Assembly: GCA_010093995.1 (NCBI GenBank)
Contig: ML992512.1
Coordinates: 815,831-879,830 of the forward strand
DNA: 64,000 nucleotides
Direction of reading: 5' to 3'
Origin: Elsinoe ampelina
Lineage: Eukaryota
How positions within the stretch are numbered: the stretch's first letter is position 1; every line of letters begins with the position of its first letter. This document shows positions 11,801 through 26,024 of this stretch, piece after piece. The notes under the pieces are model-generated. The model was not told the DNA's origin, ran no database searches, and was given only the letters and a program-made list of their open reading frames with translations. Made by a program: the position numbers and the translations under genes.

Positions 11801-14800
11801 GCAGCTTGTGCCATTGCCGGATCGAGAGCTGGATGTTGTCGTCACAGGCTCTGTTGAAATCTTGTTGAGTCTCTGTCTTGTTGTGGAACCGCAGGAGAGA
11901 CATAAAAGCGCTGTAGAAGAGGCGGCGGGGCGTTGGTGCATCTGACACAGCCTTGATGATAGAGTCAAGCTGCTCGCGATTCTCGTTCCCACTCCAGGCA
12001 TCGTAGTTCCTCCAAGTCGCTTCCAGGAATAAATCGTTCAGATTCTCGTGCTTCGCAAAGTCGCCCAGAATCTCCCATTGCTGCAGCTTCTCCGCGCAAT
12101 ATACCCAGTGATCTTCCCACAGCATGTACTCGCCTTGGGAATAGGCAAGAGAGCCAGTGCGGGCTTTGATTTGAGCTTGCTCGTACATGTGCTGAGCCTT
12201 GTCCCAAACACCATTCTGCTCGTATGAAAGGGCAGCATTGGTCTCCACGAAGTTACAGCGGCGACGCCAGGTGCCGTAGAACAAATCGTCTTCCTGCAGT
12301 GAGGCGTAGAGCTCAACAAGAGCGTCCAAATTGCTCTCTCGCACTGCAGGAGTGTCGACGATTGGATGAATAGCGGCCTCCTCGATGAACGTGGCGGCAG
12401 TGTACCATGCATCAAAGTTCTTGGCTTGAAACTTCATGACGTGGCTGGGAAATTTGATCTTGGGCTGACACCTGGCGATGCCCTCAAGCAAGGTCTGAAC
12501 ACAGTTCGGTCGCTTGTCGGCCTGACGGTTGTGGAAATCCTTGGTGATGAGACTGATGAGACCGGTTTCGATGTCGTCTCTGTCTTCCCGCGAAAGCGAG
12601 GCCCAACACATCTGGAAAAGCACGATCCAGATATCGTGATTGAGCTGCCAATCAGCATGTTGCAGGTTGGCAAGCGGCTCCAATATGTCCTTAGTCCTAA
12701 TTTCTGCGACATCCTGAACGAAACGCTTTTGTTGCGAGATGAGCTTCTCAAATCCGTCATCAAGCATGACTTCACCAATGCGTTCATTACCAGCATAGGT
12801 ACCGAAGAGCTTCGAAGCCGGGAAGGTCTTGAAGTCTTCTGATTGGAGTTTGGCGGGACTGTTCATGTCGATCGAACCAAACATCAGGTGGACGACCTGG
12901 CTGAGCCAACAGGTACTTGCCAGCACATCCCATTGCTGCTCGTTGATGAGCTTGTAGAATCTACTATTCATCGTTCGGCTCAAGCTCTTGTCGAAAATCG
13001 TCATAAATCGTGTTCGCATCGGAATATCCGAGCTTCTCAGCCCGATGAGGAAAGCTTGCTCCATCCTGACCGCCAACTCGGTGCGGAGGACTTTCGGGTC
13101 TTCATAGATTCGAATGACCAAATCCAAGAATTGGTGGTATAGCGTAGGATCTGGCCGCTCCTCAAACAGCAACATCTTCTGGAGCACAGCGGTCTTCTCC
13201 TTCAGTGTTGGGACAGGCTCAGTCGAGTTGAATATCCAGTCATTAACCATGTCGAGAACCTTTGTGCAGAGTGTAATGTTCATTGACCGCTCCACAATGC
13301 TCGCCACAATACTAAGATAGGGCCTGCGCTGATCCCCCAGAATCGAGATGCGTGCAGAGATCATCTCAATGACCTTGATGGTAACCAGGATTGTGACATC
13401 AACGTCCTGGGGATTGACGTTCGGAGGTGCCTGCACACCTTGCATGGCAGCTTGCTGGGCTGGAAATTGTGTTGCAAGGTGATCCTTGGCAAGCTTGCCT
13501 TGCAATGCCTTCAGCAACCCAGGTATGTGCGAGTCGATGCTGTCTTGCTTTCTCTGGAACATGGTCCATAAGATGTTGATGCTCGAATGGAGGTTATTAG
13601 CAGACAAAGCGTCGCCGGCAGTCGTGCCGATAAAGGTTGTGAACTCCTCGGCCGCATCATCGGCATCGGGAAGCTCATCTTCGGGTCGCTCCAGCGGGAT
13701 GGATTCGAGGACTCGTTGCATTACAGTTTTCATCTTTGGGAATCCTTCTGGACCCTCCACGTCAGAGAAGAGAGCATCTTGAACCTCGGCGGCTTCGTTC
13801 TTCAGCGGCTTTGTTAAGAGCTTCTGGAGCTGACCCATGCGGGCCAGTACCCATTCGTCGGGCTTGACGTTGATGAAGACACGCACGATCTGTAGAGTGT
13901 TGACCACCCTGGTCATCCAAGGATCCACCTTCTCGTCCTGCTTAGGATCGGAGAGGAGAATCTGTTCTGTGATCTTGGGATACATTGAATCGATGTCGAG
14001 ATCGTCCCAGAATCCAGGGGAGAGGAACTTGTAAAGCAGCTCCACAGCCTTGCGGACAACCTCGTTCATATTTGCCGGTCTGCGCTCGTCTGCTGAAGTG
14101 CCGGTAGGTACCGGGAAGCGCTCCGGTATTGAAGCGATGAATTGCACCATGTACTTGATCAACATGGTACGTAGACTGAAGGCGGTTACAAAGGTCCGCT
14201 CGCCTCCTGCACCGCTTTCAGCTTGCTCACTGAGACTGCGCTGCTCCCACTTCCAGATCATGGTGAACAAATTGAGTGCGAGCCTCTTATTCTCTGATGA
14301 TGCGTTCGGTAGAGTGCACACCTTTGCAAGTGTCGGGATGATGAAAGTCGTGAACGACTCTCTTGCTTCGTAGAAGAGATCGGGATGTCTGACCAAGAAT
14401 TGATAAATGCACGTGAGATGTTGAGCGTTGCCAGGTTCTTCGCCCAAAACTTTCCGCGGAATGCGAGCCACGATTGGAAACCTCTGGCTGTCACCACCAA
14501 GTCGCTTCTTTAGGACTGGCTGCAGGATTTCCAATGCCTGACTGACCAAAGCCCTACCTTCGGCTTGATGCGCACCCAGCAGCCTGCTGTAGATTTGCGT
14601 GGCAATCTTGGAGGGCGTCTCGTAGTGGGCAACGAAATACGCAATGACACAGAAGGCCGCATACTTGTTGATGACATCCTCGAGCCTGATGTAGAGCCAA
14701 GCGAACATGATGACGTCTTTCCTACAGTCCGAAAGTGATTCATGGTAGTATTTGAGGAGAAGCGCTGAGAACTGCAAGAGCTCCATACGGCTGTGATCAA

Positions 14801-17800
14801 TGCCGGGCTGCGCTAGATCCTCAGAGATGTCGCTTGCCCCATGAGACTTCCAGAGACTGTTGTGAATTGTCTCAACCATGGCTTTGTCAAGCAGTGGAGT
14901 ACCTTTCTTGCTCTCAAACAGAGTAGACCAATTTCTCTGAACATCCATCGCGAAAATCGGGCTCAGTACGTTGCGGAAGACGAATCGTTTCATGTACGGC
15001 GCTTCACTCTGCTTATTATAGAGTTCGATGCATCGAGTAGCGATCTTCCTCTGATACTCACTGTCCTCGCTACTGATGATGCTCTTGTAGAGGTAATTCA
15101 TCAGTGTAGCCGTGGGCTGAAGCTGTCCCTCCGCGCACAAGCGCATAAGACTGAGGAAGAACTCAATGTCATTCGAGTTCTGCTCAAGGTAGCCAGTGAA
15201 CAGTGCCAGGATTTTGTCATTGAGCTGCTCGACCGAGAGACGAAGCGTACCTGTGATAGTCTGGCGTCGTAGCTTGATGGCCAAAGAATTGGACGATTCG
15301 AGGATCGCATTGCGCAGCTTCTCATTCGTCGTTAGTAGCGTCGAGGTCTCTTGGTGTCCACACACGGCCTCAGTCGCCGTGATCATGTTGATAGTGGCTT
15401 GTTCCTGTTCAGACTCATTGGAACCTGCGTTCATGAGCTCCACGAGATTCTCGGCCTCAACAAATTGCTTTCGCAGCGGAGCGCTCTCTGGATCGGCCAG
15501 GATCTGCGCCCAGAGCCGGCCCTTGTTAGGATCAGCAGCGTTTGCGGAAAAATAGTCCCAAGCCTCCTTCGAATATGTGTTGAGGTACTTGATGAGCGGA
15601 TCTCGGAATGGACTAGTGCATGTTCTTCGCAAGGACTTCTCTAAGCTGATCACCCTCTCCACAAGGGTGGGCAGGAATTGGACCGCCGCGGATGGTAGAA
15701 GATGGAAGACGCTGAAGATGGCAATCACAATCTTGATCTTTGGGTGCAGCTCGATCATTGAGAAGGAGATTTTCTGCAGAGAAGTTGCGTCGGCAATTTG
15801 TAGCATGTGATCGAGGAGACGTTGACCAATCTCGACCTTGAAGTAATTGGTCAAAAGCTGGAGAAGCGTACGTAGTCCCTCGAGCCCCTCGACATTGAGC
15901 TTGCGTGGGTCCTGTACATTCATGAGAATTGGTCGAAGACCACTTTGTAAGAGTTCCTTGGGCAACTTTGGGTTGAGGTGAAGCACTGTCTTGAGACCGA
16001 TGTTGGCGGCTTCACTGACTGGTTTGTGCTTGGAATACAAGCACTTGAAGAAGACCGTGATGATCCGGTGTCTCTGCTGCTGATGCTGAGGAGCGTTGAA
16101 TGCGGGCATCTTGAACGCAGCCGTGAGCAGACCGAGGCAAGCAACCCGCAGATTGACGATAGAGTCGGCATTGCGATGCTCCTGCGGTTTTGGCGCCAGC
16201 GACTCATCCTCAGCATCGGCAAGAGCCAGAGTCTCCATAAGTGACCGGTTCAAACGATCCTCGAATTCCAGCACGTCGTTTTCTAGCTCCAAACAAAAGG
16301 TCAGGGCGTCCAAGTATCCTATTTGAACAGCAAAAGGCAGAGCGCGCAGAGGCTTGTTGAAGATGTGGCCCAGAACGAGTTCTTTCACTGGCTTGACAAC
16401 TTCCCAAAGCTGTACTCCTATCACATCCGCGAGCAGCTTCAATGCATCTTGAGCAGCATGACGGACGTGCTTGTTCATGTGTGAAACTTCCATGATGAGC
16501 CTGTTCGATAGTTTGTGGATTGAGGATTGGTTGTTGGTCATGTCGGAAGCAGGCATGCCCGCGTTGCATTTACGCACAATCTCCTGCAGAAGGTCGTTGG
16601 CTTTGACCCTCACCGTGGCAGGGAGGTTGTTGGGCATGTCTTTCATGACGAACATCAGAGCGGTGACAAGCTCTCCCTGACGATCTCGGAGCCAGCCATC
16701 AGAGAAAGAGAGGGCAGTAACAGCGATATTAATGCCCTCTACACCGCCAGATTTGACGAACCACTCTTCCTCATAGCACTGATGGACAAGGGTACCGAGC
16801 AGATGGTTGAAGAAAGGCAATGACTCCACCTTGTCCTCGTCCCCAAATATGGTGGATGCGTACTGCCACATGCTCTTCATGGCGGACGCAGCTTCTTCAC
16901 GTACTGCACCGTGATCAGAGGCAAGAGTTTCAGCAATCACATCGGCCATAAGGCGGCTATCAATGTAAAGTGGACCTTCGCCGAGATTCGGATCAAAGGG
17001 TCTCGTTTTGTGAGACTCGTATGCAACAGCTCGACCGAATTCCAGAATTGTGAAGTGTCGGTATAGGCCAGCAAGGAATGCCGAGGCCTCTTCTTTGATC
17101 TCCGGGATTGACGTCGCAAAGACCAGAGCCTTGATCAGCTTGAGCAGCATCTCCTGTTGTGCATCGCGCTTTGCTCCAGACTTGTCTCGTTCCGAGATTG
17201 AGAAGAGATCGGTGGACACCTCAAATTTCTTTGCGTACAGATCGTCCGCCTGTAAACGCACGAGCTGTGCGAAGTCTTCGGGTAGGTGATCCTGGCCTAA
17301 GAGCAGCTTGATCTGTGATTTGATGAGGGTGAGGGCTTGTTGCTTGTGGAAGCCATCGGACTTCTTCGCTGCAGGTGACTTTGGTGTCTCGTGGAGCTTG
17401 CTGATGGCGGTTTCGTACCCAAGCCTCGTGGGGAATGCGCGTTCCTTGGTCGTGCCAATGAGCTTGATATCAAAGCTGGCTTCGTCGTCGGCGAAGGCGT
17501 TGTAATCTAGTTGAGGCGGATTTGTGAGGAACTTGCGATTCCTGCCACCGAGCTTACCCAAGATCCGGAGTGTGGTATGCGAGTGGAAGTGATTGTACGG
17601 CTGAGGTCTCAAATGATCCCAAAGCGCAAACATCAGCTCATCGATGACAGGTGCCATGATAGGATCCAGATAGTCCGCCGTAAGATTATCCACGCAAAGC
17701 TCCAGCGTACGAAGGCCTTGCGCAATAAGCTCGGATCCCGCGCGTAGAGCAACCACGAGAGGTCTCATAAGGTAGCTGAGATGCGGCAACAAATGGCTAA

Positions 17801-20290
17801 GTCGTGCAGGAACAGTCAACGACAGCTCCACGAACAGATCTCGATCCTGTGGTCGCCGCGCCGCCAACAAGAGATTGTTCAGCACCTCCAAGAGCATTTC
17901 CAGCAACGGCAAGATTTCCTTGTAAAGATGCTCAAATCGACCTCCACCAATACTCCTGAACAGAGATCTGAGCAGGATGAAGAAGTTCATCGGTTCCTCA
18001 GCAGTGACCGACAGCTCGATGGATCTTGTGATCAGCTTGACCACGTGTGGCAGAAGAACTTGCTCATTTTGAGCTGAGAATAACGTTACCGCCATGAAGG
18101 ACAGCTTGAACAACCTCAGCATAATCGACGATTTCGTGACGTCGCTTGTTCCGACTTCATACAGTCTGTCCATAAGAAACTGAAGAAGCATGCCGCAAAA
18201 TGGCGGCGAAGTAGCTTCGCTGGCAAGAAGAAATTGTGGAATGTGAAGGAGCGCTGCATGGTCGAAAATCATGTCGTATAAATGGGGTATCTCTGTTTGG
18301 AAAATCTCGTAAAACGTTGAGGGATCGATGTGATGAAAAACGCCAGCGAAGGCTTCGAGCAAGTCTTTCTCTTCCTTGCCTCCGCTCAACATAAGCTGGT
18401 TCGCAAGGACCTCGACCGGAATATTGTTGGTCGGGTCATCAATGGTTTGTTCAGGGCTGTAGTACCGGAACATTTGTGCTCCTTCGTGGAAGAGCTTTGT
18501 GAGCACGCGAACTTCTTCGGTGGTGAAACCATAGGAGATCTCATGCCAATTGCTGGGAACATTCGTGCTGTCCATACTCTCACGGACGTCTGCAGGGTTG
18601 GTCGAACGGAGCGAGAAGAAGATGGTCTTCAGTCCGCCGACCATGTTCTTGAAGATGGCCTTGTTGTCGCTAACCGGATCATGGTTGCGGGTGCTGTTGA
18701 TTTTGATGGGTGTAGCGTTGAAGATATCCACATCATCCCAGTCTGGCGGATCATCTCTATCAGCGAAGTAGTTCTCCGGTGTTGCATCGACTGTCGAGGC
18801 ATCCTTGCGGGCGGTAATCTTCAGAGCATTCTTGAAGTCACGGTTCATGGTCGCGCACTTCTCGGCGACAGCGTCCAGTACCATGATCAAGAAATATCGC
18901 GCTTCTCGCTTGTCCTCAACTTTGGCCATGCACTCTGCCATATTGAAGAGAAGCTTTGCACTCATCGTCTGGAAGTTTGCCCCATGGCAATCGTCGTGTA
19001 AATTCTTGGTGTAGACCAAGATCGTCTTTCGGATCTGTGCAGGTGTGAGCTGATCTCGGACGTGGTGCACGAGATCGGCAAGCATAGTATACGCCAGGAA
19101 GCGTGAGTTCTCATACACGGTCAGACCGTCGCCGATCAATGTGCGCTCGTCCATCAGCTCGTCCAGCTTTGGCAAGAAAATGGTCCGGAAATTGAAGTTG
19201 ATAATGTGCCTGATAGCCACCAGTAATTCCTTCCTGGTCGCAGCTTTCTCGCGCGGGCAGTCTTGAAGTAGTCGTATGACGATCTCCGGCAGCTGCGGTA
19301 TGAAATCCTTCATCATTCCTTGATAAACCCTCATAAGATATGCAAGGAAACTCATAGTCTTGACTTGCGCAGTGATGAACTCGCCGAAAGCAGCTCGTTT
19401 TGCTGGATTCGTCCCGATCTCTCTGGCGATGCGCGTGAAAGACTCCCCACGAGCTGCAGCTTCTTCATGACCTCGCTGCTGCGGTTTCGCCTGGAGCAGA
19501 AGCATGGTCTCGATACGCTGAATGAAGCCCTTGACATTTTTCGGCGCCAGATTCCTATTCGCTTGGAAGAGAGAGACTACTATGATCGGACACTCTGCTA
19601 TGAGCTTGAATGATTGCATGCCTTTCGGCAGCTGTCTTGTCTGTTGTTGATCACTTCCCACGTCGCCAGCTATTGTATTTGTCGGCACCACTGGCGAACT
19701 TGGCCGTGGCGATTGACCAGCGGCAGGTGTGCCTGGAGCTCCAGCGGCGGGAATATTGTCGAAGTTCTCTCGGACCGAGGCCTCCATCGTGTCAAAGATC
19801 TCGATGATGAGGTCCAAGAAGGCTTGTACCTTCTCCCCACACGACTTCGGGTGGTGCCTTGCTGAATCCATAATGATCTTCAGACATAGAACAGCATTGT
19901 CCTCATTCTCCACCTTGATCAATTCCATGCACTTGTCCACGACCTGAGGTGCATACGGGTCGGTGACTTCCGGCACGCTAGTCGGTAACCGGTGGAGGAT
20001 CTCGAGGACTGTGTTGCGCATTCGCTGCTCGGGGGATGTGCTGATGAAGACGGGTGCGCCATCGAGGATGCTGAGGAATATAGGAATGAACTTCTTGAGG
20101 AAGGTCGGGTATGACGATCCCTGGCAGTAGTGATCGATGCCATCGCGAATGTCGGCGAGATGCTGGAATTTAGTCTTGACATCTGATGGTAGTGTTAGCC
20201 GAGGATTTATATTGAAGAGATGGGTAGCTGCATACCTGCGCTGGGATCTTGCAGCTTCGCCTCGATGACATCGAGGTTTCGCTCCGCCAT
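8814..20290 (-). CDS. TRA1: Tra1/TRRAP PIKK pseudokinase (SAGA/NuA4 scaffold); introns 20183-20235 and 9564-9614
   Basis: ~3800 aa with HEAT, FAT, PI3K-like and FATC regions (EAVPFRLTPNLQ, C-terminal LWMGWL). The likely true start MAERNLDVIEAKLQDPSA at 20290 splices to DVKTKFQHL. Confidence 0.95.
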
Positions 20291-21072
20291 GATGGCGGTA
20301 TTCGGACGTGAACCTCAAGTTTGAAATGTCACCAGAGCTCATCCATTCAATGAAGTATGTTGCGCAAGTTGGCGCGCCAGAAAATAGTGCTTCCAAAGGT
20401 ATATGCTGGGTGTCTATCAATCAGGGTTCCTGTGTGAGTCGCAAATGATTGTAGCTTGGAGAAAGTACCAGTGAGTTGGGCAGAGGTTTCGTAGAGGTCG
20501 AATTTGAATCGGAGAGGTGAATGCGCTCGTTAGGCGACAAGAATAGCTGGTGATTGCGCGTGGTATAGAGCTACAAGCAGCTACCGCATGCTTTTGAGTT
20601 GAGTTGATGCGCGAACTTCGTCGAGGGACAGCAGAAAAACGCGGAGAGGGCAGAACAGCGAATGTCTCGACTATTACAGCCGGCTGTGGCTGATCTAGTG
20701 TGAACTCAGATGGCCGGTGAGAAAGCCGATTCGACGAAAGAAGCACATTCCGAGCTAAGCTTTCTTCTGAGCTTAACGCCGACGGGGTTAAGTTGACCAT
20801 CACATGTCTTCACACGGACACTTGCACACCCCGATCTCGACTTTTCAGTGCTTACACGCTCGGTTGTCTCCTACAGCAGGTCTGAACGTCTTCAGCATGA
20901 TCTCAAGGAAATTTCTGAGATTCAGATCTCGACATTAGGTACATATAACAATGTCATGATAGAAACAGCCTCAGGAAAAATTCCTCTGCTTGTCACCAGG
21001 AGAAACCGATACGCAAATTACAAGCACTCATGTTTTGAACAGGTTGATGATTGGCGCTAACTGGGTATATGA

Positions 21073-22937
21073 TCACGCTTCCATGCTTTCGTCCTCTGCA
21101 GCAATCATGATCCCGGCTTTCCTCCTTCGCCTCTGTCTGGGGAGACCCAACTGCTCCATGCCGCCACGCATCTCTTCCCATCTATTCGTCAGATCGTTCG
21201 CTGAATCGATGACAGGATCGCCGTCTCCAACTCTGTCCAGTGCTCGTGCCAGCAGATCAGTCGCAATTGGATCCTGTGGACTGATCGCCAAAGCTTCATG
21301 CAACGCCTGTGTCGCATCCAACCACCTCTCCATCTCCATGAGCGTCATTCCTTTCGCAACAAATATCTGTGCGTCCGCAACTCCTGACCTCAGCACTTCT
21401 TCAAATTGCATCAAAGCCTCGTCATATCGCTCCGCCTTCCTGTAAGCATGGCCGAGATTCGCTCTTGTATGGAGCCACACCTCTTTTTTCCCGCCGGCTT
21501 CCTCCGCGCACTGTAATGCCAGCTCCAGGCAGCGTGCGGCAGCTGCATAGTCTTCCTCGTGGTAATACGCAACACCAAAATCGTTCAGGAGGAGTGGATC
21601 GGTCTCACACATTTCGTATGCTCGCTTGAAATAGCCAAGTGCTAATGCTGTATTGCCGAGACTCAAATTTTGCATGCCGAGGAATAGTTGGGGTAGATGT
21701 GTGCCTTGAAAGAGACGCGCTGCTGTACTGTATGCCGAGATGGCTTGATCATGCTCGCCTTCCGACGCGAAAGTATGAGCGAAGCCAATCCAGGCCGGAC
21801 CGAAGTGAGGATCCATAAGAGAAGCTTTGGAGAAGTAGGCTCGGGCCTGTGCGATTTGATTGATGGTCATGTAGTAAGTACCAACGGCCAGCCAAGCAGC
21901 TGGCTCTTCGGGATGTGTGTCTGCAAGATCGTGCGAGAGAAGGAACAGTGCATTGACCTCACCCAGTGCTTCCAGACAAGCAATGTGGACGGGTATTGCT
22001 TCGAAATTGTATGGGTCGGACTCCAGGATTGAGGTTGTCAGGGTAAGTGCGTGGCGGAAACGACAATTCGTGAAGAGAAGTTCTGCTTTTGCCAGCAGAA
22101 TACTTGGGTTATTGGCGAGGTTGTAGTGCGTAGAGAGTGTCTCCACTGCTGTGCTGAAGTCGTCTGGACGAGCGTACTTGGAGAGTCTAGTCATGTATAA
22201 CATCTTGGTGAAGTTCGCCGCCTCCTGATCCGGTTGCCCATCATCATTAGTGATGCTGTCAAAATCAAGTGATTCCAGAAACTCCCATTCCTCGCTCGGA
22301 GCCATGAGCTTATTACTCATCAGCTGATCGAACGCCTCGAAACACTGGACGTCGATCCGTACTGCGTCCTTGTAGCAAGTCTTCGCTCTGTCAATCGCAT
22401 TCTGCTTTGCGTAGCAAAGTCCCCTGAGGTAGCACATTGCGGCCTCGAACTTGATGTCCTCAATGCTTTCATTGTCGCGGTCTTCGCTTCGGTCAACCCG
22501 ATCGGTTCGCACTGGTGCCTTGCCAGACATTATGGCGCCATTCCTAGTCTCGACGTGCTGCAATTTACGCCGCACACGATCCACTGAGCTGAACAGATGT
22601 GAGGGATTCCTTTCGCCCAGAGTGTTCAGCGCCTCATCAAATCGTTGTTGCTTCACATGGCAGTGCGCCGCCAGATATTTGCACGCGGGATTCCGTGAAA
22701 TCAGATCCTGTCTGGCCAAGAATCCAAGTGCCCTGGTGTAGTTGCCTGTGTTGAAATGTACTTGCGCCAACCAGAAAGCATCCTTGTCGTCATCTAGCCA
22801 GGTCAGCGAAAGTACAATCTCTAGTACTGACGAGACACACTCGTCAATGCTAACAGCTTGTCTCCAATGAAAATAGCCGAGTCGTATTGATGCTTGTTCA
22901 GAGCATCTTGTCGCCAGTTGCGTAAAAACTGCTCCAT
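21073..22937 (-). CDS. CDC16: Anaphase-promoting complex subunit Cdc16/Cut9 (APC6, TPR repeats); intron 22794-22840
   Basis: Spliced N-terminus MEQFLRNWRQDALNKHQYDSAIFIGDKLLALTNDDKDAFWLAQ. TPR motifs such as FGPAWIGFAHTFASEGEHDQAISAYSTAARLFQGTHLPQLFLGM. Confidence 0.93.
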
Positions 22938-23232
22938 TGAGATGAAAAGAAAAGGCTCGTGGAGCTGGTTTGATTGCCGAAATATCCAACACCCAACACC
23001 TCGCTAATGCTCAAACACTAAATTATTCTTCGTTACCACATCAAATCGTAGAATGTTCATTGTTGATAGTGTTGCGACTGGTAAAAACATTAATCGTGGG
23101 GGGAGTCGCACCCGCGGCTGATGCGGCTCTGCACCCCGCGACGAAGCCCGAGTCAGCGTTGAACTTCTCAATCTCGGCGGTCTTTCAACTTCACTCCACC
23201 ACAACAATTTCCTCAGTCTCTACACCGCCAAC

Positions 23233-24059
23233 ATGTCAGAACGCAAGGTCCTTCCAAATACTATCCGCCGGACTTCGATCCGTCAAAGATCGTTCGTGTC
23301 AAAGGCGCGAAACCCGTCGGTCCCAAACTCCAGACTGTCCGCCTCATGGCTCCATTCAGCATGAAATGCACATCCTGCGGCGAATACATCTACAAAGGGA
23401 GGAAGTTCAACGCGCGCAAGGAAACCACCGACCTGAAGTACTACAATATCACCATCTACCGCTTCTACATCAAGTGCACACGATGCTTGGGGGAGATCAC
23501 CTTCAAGACCGATCCGAAGAACATGGATTACGAGTGCGAGAAAGGCGCGAAGCGGAACTTCGAGCCATGGAGGGAGGCGAAGTTGGCCGAGGAGACAGAA
23601 GAGGAACGGCTGGATCGGTTGGAGAAGGAGGAGCAGGAGAGGGATGCGATGAAGGAGTTGGAGCAGAAGACGGTGGACGCGAAGACGGAGATGCAGATCG
23701 CGGACGCGCTGGATGAGATCAGGATGCGGAACGCGAGGAATGAGAGAGCGGGCAAGGACGCAGAGGTTGTGGTCAAGGATGTGGTGGATGAAGACAGGGA
23801 GAGACAGGAGAGGGAGGATGAGGAGGCGGCGAGGAAGGCGTTCACGGCTGCGACGGGGGAGAGGGTAAAGAGGCTGATAGAGGAGGACAGGGATGAGACG
23901 AGAGCGTTGATGGGTGCGGGATCGTCGTCGAGTGCGAGTGCTTCCAGTACCGCGACGGCGAACCCTGCGGTACCTGCGCCAACATTCCAGAGGACTGTCA
24001 AGAAGAAGAAGGATTTTAAAGCGGCACTTGGGATCAAGAAGAAGCCGTCGCTGGTCTAG
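23233..24059 (+). CDS. YJU2: Splicing factor Yju2/Cwc16 (CCDC94); apparent 1-nt frameshift at ~23253-23256
   Basis: MSERKVL at 23233 is followed, one base out of frame, by KYYPPDFDPSKI...VRLMAPFSMKCTSCGEYIYKGRKFNARKE...IKCTRC...FKTDPKNMDY. Confidence 0.9.
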
Positions 24060-24497
24060 GAGAGTTGGTTATTGGCAGAGCGAGATTGCTATTTATGATA
24101 CCCAGTAATGATCACGATTCAACATAAAGCCTGAACCCAAGTCCTTCCTACGCACTGTGTCGCTTTTGTTGCAACACTTGGACAGGCGAAGGGCCATTTA
24201 GGTAACTTCGTATGGCGCCCTGAAAGGTTCGTCCTGCAGGATTGAGCTGTCCCGGGACGGCATAAGATTGTGAACGGAATGCAATTGGACATTGGTTGGC
24301 GTGGAAAATTCATCTGCTCTCCTCGTAAGCATTGTATTGAGACCACTGGAAGTCTTGGGCGTACTCTGTGGCTCTGCAGCCCTCCCCTTCAAACCCCGTT
24401 CTTACGCCCGAAGCACGTCCTGCTTCAAGTGGGTTCGCGCAGTCATCTCTGGTAGAGGCACTTGGTCTTTGCGACAGCGATTCGGAACCGGTCACGC

Positions 24498-25742
24498 TCA
24501 AGTCAGCAGATCCGCCACATTCATGGGCATTTCATCGATCTGAGTGGAGTAGTAGACTGCGACTGTCAGTAAATGCAAACAAATAAGATCATTTGTGTAC
24601 TCACGTTCGATATCCCTCAGAATCCTCACGTCTTCGCTAGTAACGAAGTTGATGGCCACACCCTTCCTTCCGAACCGACCAGATCTTCCGATCCTGTGAA
24701 TGTAATTCTCACGGTTGCTCGGCAGGTCATAGTTGATGACCAGACTGACTTGCTGAACATCGATACCTCTGGCCCAGATGTCGGTCGAGATCAGGACTCT
24801 GCTGTTGCCCTGCCTGAAGTCCTGCATGATGGAATCGCGTTCCTTCTGAGGCATCTCTCCGTGCATGCTGCTGACCGTGAAGTTGGCGTCACGCATCTTG
24901 TCCGTCAGCCAATCGACCTTGCGCCGAGTGTTGCAGAAGATGACTGCTTGGGTGATGGTGAGTGTGTCGTACAGGTCGCAGAGTGTGTCGAACTTCCACT
25001 CTTCCTTCTCCACAGCGATGAAGTATTGCTTCAGACCTTCCAGAGTCAGCTCGTCACGCTTGACGAGGATACGAACTGGATCAGTCATGAACTTCGTCGT
25101 CATATCCAGGACATCATAAGGAAGAGTCGCGGACACGACGACGACCTGGGTGGCAGGCGGCAAGTAGCGGTAAACGTCGTAGATCTGCTCCTTGAAACCC
25201 TTGTTGAGGAGCTCATCAGCCTCGTCCAGGATCAGCATCTTGATATTGCGAGTGCGAAGATTCCGTCGACGAATCATGTCAGCCACGCGACCTGGCGTTC
25301 CTGAAACAACATGTTGGCCATAGTCCAGTTTGCGGATATCTTCGCCGACGTTTGTTCCACCGATACAAGCATGGCATTGAACATTCATGTAGTCTCCGAG
25401 AGCCATGATGACAGATTGAATTTGCGTGGCCAATTCTCTGGTTGGTGAAAGGATCAGGGCTTGGGTCTCGCGGACAGCCGTGTCAATGACCTGCAAAGTG
25501 CTGATCGAGAAAGTCGCAGTCTTACCAGTTCCAGATTGGGCTTGCGCGATAGTATCGCGGCCCTTGCAAATCTGGACAATGGCCCGCGACTGAACTGCAG
25601 ATGGCGACTCGTAGCCATAGGCGTAAATCCCGCGGAGGAGGTTCTCCTTCAAATGCATCGCTTCGAACGTTGGCGCCACCGTGACCTCCTTGGAGGTGTT
25701 GAACTCCAAGCGATCATCATTCTTTCGGTCGATGTCACCCAT
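24498..25742 (-). CDS. FAL1: DEAD-box helicase eIF4A-III/Fal1 (EJC core); intron 24557-24604
   Basis: [21 protein letters not shown] and [10 protein letters not shown] motifs. The spliced C-terminus reads [23 protein letters not shown]. Confidence 0.96.
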   Translation of the reverse strand: MGDIDRKNDDRLEFNTSKEVTVAPTFEAMHLKENLLRGIYAYGYESPSAVQSRAIVQICKGRDTIAQAQSGTGKTATFSISTLQVIDTAVRETQALILSPTRELATQIQSVIMALGDYMNVQCHACIGGTNVGEDIRKLDYGQHVVSGTPGRVADMIRRRNLRTRNIKMLILDEADELLNKGFKEQIYDVYRYLPPATQVVVVSATLPYDVLDMTTKFMTDPVRILVKRDELTLEGLKQYFIAVEKEEWKFDTLCDLYDTLTITQAVIFCNTRRKVDWLTDKMRDANFTVSSMHGEMPQKERDSIMQDFRQGNSRVLISTDIWARGIDVQQVSLVINYDLPSNRENYIHRIGRSGRFGRKGVAINFVTSEDVRILRDIEREYTNDLICLHLLTVAVYYSTQIDEMPMNVADLLT

Positions 25743-26024
25743 TATGAGCAACTGTCTCGGATCGTAGGAGAATGTTGTAATGTGAGTGAGAGCGGCAGTA
25801 TTTGAAGTACGAGAGTTCGCCGTGGTCGTGATCTGGAAAATTTTGAGCTTGGACCACCTTCAAAGGAAACCTCTGAGCAAGAGCTCGCCCTTCCTCAACC
25901 TCACACCATACCAATCTCACTTTCTCCTGGCCTGCGCGTGATTTGAGCCATTCATATCGAGCGACAGAGGGCGACTTATCTGCGTGACATCGACTGCGCG
26001 AATCTATCACACCCCGCGCCTACC
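25743..26024. promoter_or_regulatory. Bidirectional promoter FAL1/PRP9 with an RRPE-like GAAAATTTT (25836-25844)
   Basis: Divergent ATGs ~280 bp apart. The motif resembles RRPE. Confidence 0.4.

Noticed and set aside
20291..20420. ORF-track N-terminus of TRA1 (MIDTQHIPL…), and likewise the 5' extensions of CDC16, GH31 and SDR
   Set aside because: These read through UTR or intron sequence. Better starts with family-typical N-termini lie downstream.
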